11,252 nt of DNA from Thermoproteaceae archaeon (GTDB lineage: Archaea; Thermoproteota; Thermoprotei; Thermoproteales; Thermoproteaceae): the NCBI GenBank assembly GCA_020833025.1, contig JAJHRB010000050.1:1-11252 (forward strand), in the 5' to 3' direction. Of this stretch, positions 8,774 to 11,252 are shown piece by piece. Position 1 is the stretch's first letter. Each line of letters opens with the position of its first letter. Below the pieces are notes generated by a model. It made no database searches. It saw nothing but the letters and a program-made list of their open reading frames with translations, and was not told the DNA's origin. Position numbers and translations under genes: made by a program.

Positions 8774-9052
8774 GTGCCCAGGCCGGCTTACCGCTCCAGA
8801 AGTCTCCGGAGAGTCAAAACAAAAACGCCGGGCGGGAGGCTCGTAACGCATTACGAGAAGCGCGACAGGGGAGTCCCCAGGTGCCCCGTCACCGGGCTGC
8901 CGCTCGGCGGCGTCAACTTCAAGGCGTATAGATTCGGGATTCCCAGGAGGGCGCCGAGCAGACCGTACGGCGGCGTGCTATCGCACAGAGCGCTCGCGCG
9001 CGCGCTAAAGCTGGCCGTCAGGAGCGAGTCCGCCGCGCCGCAGCAGTCCTAG
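8774..9052 (+). CDS. rpl34e: 50S ribosomal protein L34e
   Basis: [21 protein letters not shown]...RPYGG is the L34e signature. The start is placed at GTG 8774. Confidence 0.93.
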   Translation: MPRPAYRSRSLRRVKTKTPGGRLVTHYEKRDRGVPRCPVTGLPLGGVNFKAYRFGIPRRAPSRPYGGVLSHRALARALKLAVRSESAAPQQS

Positions 9053-9070
9053 AGGCGGCGGGACCGCAGC

Positions 9071-9076
9071 TTAAAA
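9071..9076 (+). promoter_or_regulatory. putative TATA box of cmk
   Basis: TTAAAA begins 26 nt before GTG 9097. Confidence 0.5.
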
Positions 9077-9096
9077 CCGTCAGGGCGGGAGATCTC

Positions 9097-9669
9097 GTGG
9101 TCGTCGTTGCCGTCTCGGGGCAGCCGGGGAGCGGCAAGAGCACTCTGGCGAGGGAGATAGCAAGGGCCCTCAGACTGCCGCTCGCGTCTTCCGGCGCTCT
9201 CTTCAGAGAGCTTGCCAGCAAAATGGGATTCGACTTCGTGGAGTTTCACAGGCACGCAGAGCGGAACCACGAAATTGACAGGATGATAGACTCCATGGCG
9301 GTCGAGCGGGCGAGGTCCGGCAGCGCGGTCCTGGAGGGTCACCTGGTCGCGTGGATCGTCAGGCCGTACGCCGACGTGTGCATTTATCTCAAGGCGTCCA
9401 GGGAGGTCAGGGCGAGGAGGGTCGCGCTCAGAGACGGGAGGAGCTTTGAGGAGGCGCTCCGGGAGATAGCAGAGCGGGAGGAGCTCAACAGGAGGCGCTA
9501 CATGGCAATATACGGCATTGACGTAAGAGACCTCTCTATTTTCGACCTCGTCCTCGATACAACTCGCCTGACGATAAACGATGTGGTAAGAATAGGGCTG
9601 GACTTTACCTGCACGCTCCTGAACTTAAAATACGCAAGGGAGATCTGCACGCGTGAAATTCCTCGTTGA
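9097..9669 (+). CDS. cmk: archaeal cytidylate kinase
   Basis: P-loop VSGQPGSGKST, SSGALFRE, IDRMID, LEGHL, YLKAS and RY..IYGID..DLSIFDL. It follows rpl34e, the usual archaeal order. Confidence 0.92.
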   Translation: MVVVAVSGQPGSGKSTLAREIARALRLPLASSGALFRELASKMGFDFVEFHRHAERNHEIDRMIDSMAVERARSGSAVLEGHLVAWIVRPYADVCIYLKASREVRARRVALRDGRSFEEALREIAEREELNRRRYMAIYGIDVRDLSIFDLVLDTTRLTINDVVRIGLDFTCTLLNLKYAREICTREIPR

Positions 9670-10705
9670 GTGCACCGCCAGCACCAGGAAGCCGCCGACA
9701 GGGAGGAGGGTCGCAGTAGTGGGCGCAGGCCCGGCAGGCCTCGGCGCCGCGGGAGTCCTGGCGTGCAGGGGACACGAGGTTCACGTCTACGACGCCCTCC
9801 CGGAGCCCGGAGGCCTGCTGATTTTCGGAATCCCGCCGGAGAGGATGCCGAGAGAGAGCGTCAGGAGGGGCGTCGCCGAGCTGAGAGGTGCCAGCGTTGT
9901 GTTCCTCACCTCGACGTTTATCAGCTGCGGCGCGCAGCCCCAGCGGGAGCACGTGGCGCTGCTCTTCGCGCAGCGGCTCCTGAGGCTGGAGGAGTTGGCG
10001 CGCGAGTACGACGCCGTGATCATAGCCACGGGGGCCTGGAGGAGCAGGGCGCTGAGAGTTCCCGGCAGCGATCTTCCCGGAGTTTACAGCGCGCTGGACT
10101 TCATAGTCCGCGCCCGCGCGCACCAGCTCGGTTACCTGCCGAGAGAGCAGGTCCTGCCAGTCGGCAGGAGAGTTCTTGTAATCGGCGGCGGGCTCGTCGC
10201 GGTTGACGCCGCGCTGGAGGCCGCGGCGCAGGGCGCCAGAGAGGTAATCGTCGCGTACCGCCGCACGGCAGGCGAGGCTCCTGCCGGCAGACATATGATC
10301 GAGCTGCTCAAATCTCGCGGGATTAAGTTCCTGGAGCTCGTGACCCCCGTCGCATTCACTGGCAGGGATCGGGTGGAGAGGGTTAGGTTCGTGAGAGTGA
10401 GGCTCGGGGCTCCCGACAGCTCGGGGAGGCCGGCGCCGGAGCCCGTTCCCGGCAGTGAGTTCGACGAGGCATTCGACACCGTGCTGCTCGCAGTCGGCGA
10501 GCTGCCGACGCCGCCCGGCCTGTGCCTCGGCGTGGAGCTGGGGCCAGACAGCGCCGTGAGAGTAGACGAGAGAATGAGAGCCGGGAGGGAGGGCGTGTTC
10601 GCGGCGGGCGACGTGGTAACGGGGCCATCGACGGTTGGGATGGCGTTCAGCTCCGGCGTGAGGGCGGCGAGATATGTCGACGAGTACCTCTCCGGGGTCT
10701 ACTGA
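9653..10705 (+). CDS. GltD/SudA-like FAD/NAD(P)H oxidoreductase lacking the N-terminal Fe-S domain
   Basis: FAD motif VVGAGPAG, GGLLIFGIP, ATGAW, NAD(P) motif IGGGLVAVD followed by YRR, and FAAGDV. The start overlaps the cmk end by 17 nt. Confidence 0.88.
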   Translation: MKFLVECTASTRKPPTGRRVAVVGAGPAGLGAAGVLACRGHEVHVYDALPEPGGLLIFGIPPERMPRESVRRGVAELRGASVVFLTSTFISCGAQPQREHVALLFAQRLLRLEELAREYDAVIIATGAWRSRALRVPGSDLPGVYSALDFIVRARAHQLGYLPREQVLPVGRRVLVIGGGLVAVDAALEAAAQGAREVIVAYRRTAGEAPAGRHMIELLKSRGIKFLELVTPVAFTGRDRVERVRFVRVRLGAPDSSGRPAPEPVPGSEFDEAFDTVLLAVGELPTPPGLCLGVELGPDSAVRVDERMRAGREGVFAAGDVVTGPSTVGMAFSSGVRAARYVDEYLSGVY

Positions 10706-10803
10706 GCGGCGCCGCGATGCGGCAGGCCCAGAGCCGGCGCGGGGAGGCCGGCGGCCCGGCCGGGAATTTGAGCTGCCGGACCCCGCCGCCCCTCAGCTAT
10801 TTA

Positions 10804-10818
10804 GAAAAATTTAAAAAG
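10804..10818 (+). promoter_or_regulatory. strong BRE/TATA promoter upstream of the tRNA 5' fragment
   Basis: GAAAAA followed by TTTAAAAAG, the same 9-mer as the rpl34e TATA. The first T is 29 nt before tRNA position 1. Confidence 0.8.
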
Positions 10819-10838
10819 TCGTGCGGCGAGATACCGCG

Positions 10839-10862
10839 AGCCCGGTCGTCTAGCGGTCAAGG
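10839..10862 (+). tRNA. 5' fragment (positions ~1-23) of a tRNA-Gln-like gene; no anticodon arm or T-arm in cis
   Basis: AGCCCGG TC GTCT AGCGGTCAA GG gives an acceptor 5' strand, U8, D-stem GUCU and D-loop A14 G15 G18 G19. A at position 1 fits the archaeal tRNA-Gln A1-U72 pair. Similarity breaks at 10863, where A24 is expected. I found no GTTCRAATC on either strand. Confidence 0.7.
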
Positions 10863-10889
10863 GGCCAGTAGGCGGCCCGGGCGGCGGCT

Positions 10890-10914
10890 CCCGGGGCGGC
10901 ACGCCTGCCCCGGG
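10890..10914 (+). other. GC-rich hairpin downstream of the tRNA fragment
   Basis: CCCGGGGCGG-CACGC-CTGCCCCGGG forms 10 bp with one G-U pair. Confidence 0.65.
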
Positions 10915-11024
10915 CTCTGTACTCTCGCAGCAGCGCTCCAACAAAGCCCGCACGTACTCCCCACCCTCCTGACGTTCATCGCGCAGAAGGTCGCGGGAGA
11001 GCGCGGGCCGTACGGGGACTAGGC

Positions 11025-11252
11025 TTAGCCGCCCTTCTTGACCAGCTCCAGCAGCAGTTTCTGTATCTCCAGTAGTGTAGTCTGCACGGCGTCTATTCTC
11101 TTATTGGTCTCCAGTAGGGCTGCCTGAACGGCGTCTATTCTCTTTGCGATCTCGTCTATTCTCCTGTTCGTCTCGTCTATGCGCCGGTCAAGCCTGGCGA
11201 TCTCTGCCCGCACTTCCTTCAGCTCGCCCCTCACTTCTCTCAGCTCGCCCGC
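11025..11252 (-). CDS. paREP15-like coiled-coil repeat protein, 5' end outside the window
   Basis: The frame is open to the window edge: AGELREVRGELKEV...ETNRRIDEIAKRIDAVQAALLETNKRIDAVQTTLLEIQKLLLELVKKGG. The family name comes from recalled resemblance only. Confidence 0.7.
   Translation of the reverse strand, partial: AGELREVRGELKEVRAEIARLDRRIDETNRRIDEIAKRIDAVQAALLETNKRIDAVQTTLLEIQKLLLELVKKGG
11066..11250. repeat. 21-nt and 42-nt period intragenic repeats encoding heptads
   Basis: A 42-nt period pair at 11066-11102 and 11108-11144; CTCGTCTAT at 11151 and 11172; CACTTCyyTCAGCTCGCCC at 11211 and 11232. Confidence 0.85.

Noticed and set aside
10863-11022. Complete tRNA with one or more cis introns
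   Set aside because: No exon restoring A24 has a valid bulge-helix-bulge, there is no T-loop (GACGTTCATC at 10971 lacks a stem), and CCGGGCTCTG is not followed by a complementary anticodon-stem strand.
10522-11022. 166-aa ORF spanning the gltD end, the promoter and the tRNA fragment
   Set aside because: It overlaps a real gene and a clear promoter. Only the last ~35 codons look protein-like and are noted under the integration finding.

Overview
GC-rich archaeal window, most consistent with Thermoproteaceae: the EF-1alpha N-terminus reads MPSIVLPPKP, most genes have GTG starts 26-31 nt after a TATA box, and a paREP15-like gene is present. It is mostly housekeeping genes: XPD/Rad3 helicase, an uncharacterised polyproline membrane protein, type IA topoisomerase, Dph2, a HerA-family ATPase, EF-1alpha (minus strand; the ORF track labels it +), L34e, cytidylate kinase, a GltD-like flavoprotein and a partial coiled-coil repeat protein at the right edge. 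The most notable signal is at 10804-10862. A strong BRE/TATA promoter precedes only the first ~24 nt of a tRNA-Gln-like gene (acceptor 5' strand and D-loop), and I found no canonical T-arm or cis intron in the window. This is a candidate trans-spliced (split) tRNA piece, a tRNA-mimic RNA or an integration scar. Positions ~125-560 are unexplained and rich in palindromes. All family calls come from motif recognition by eye; no searches were run.
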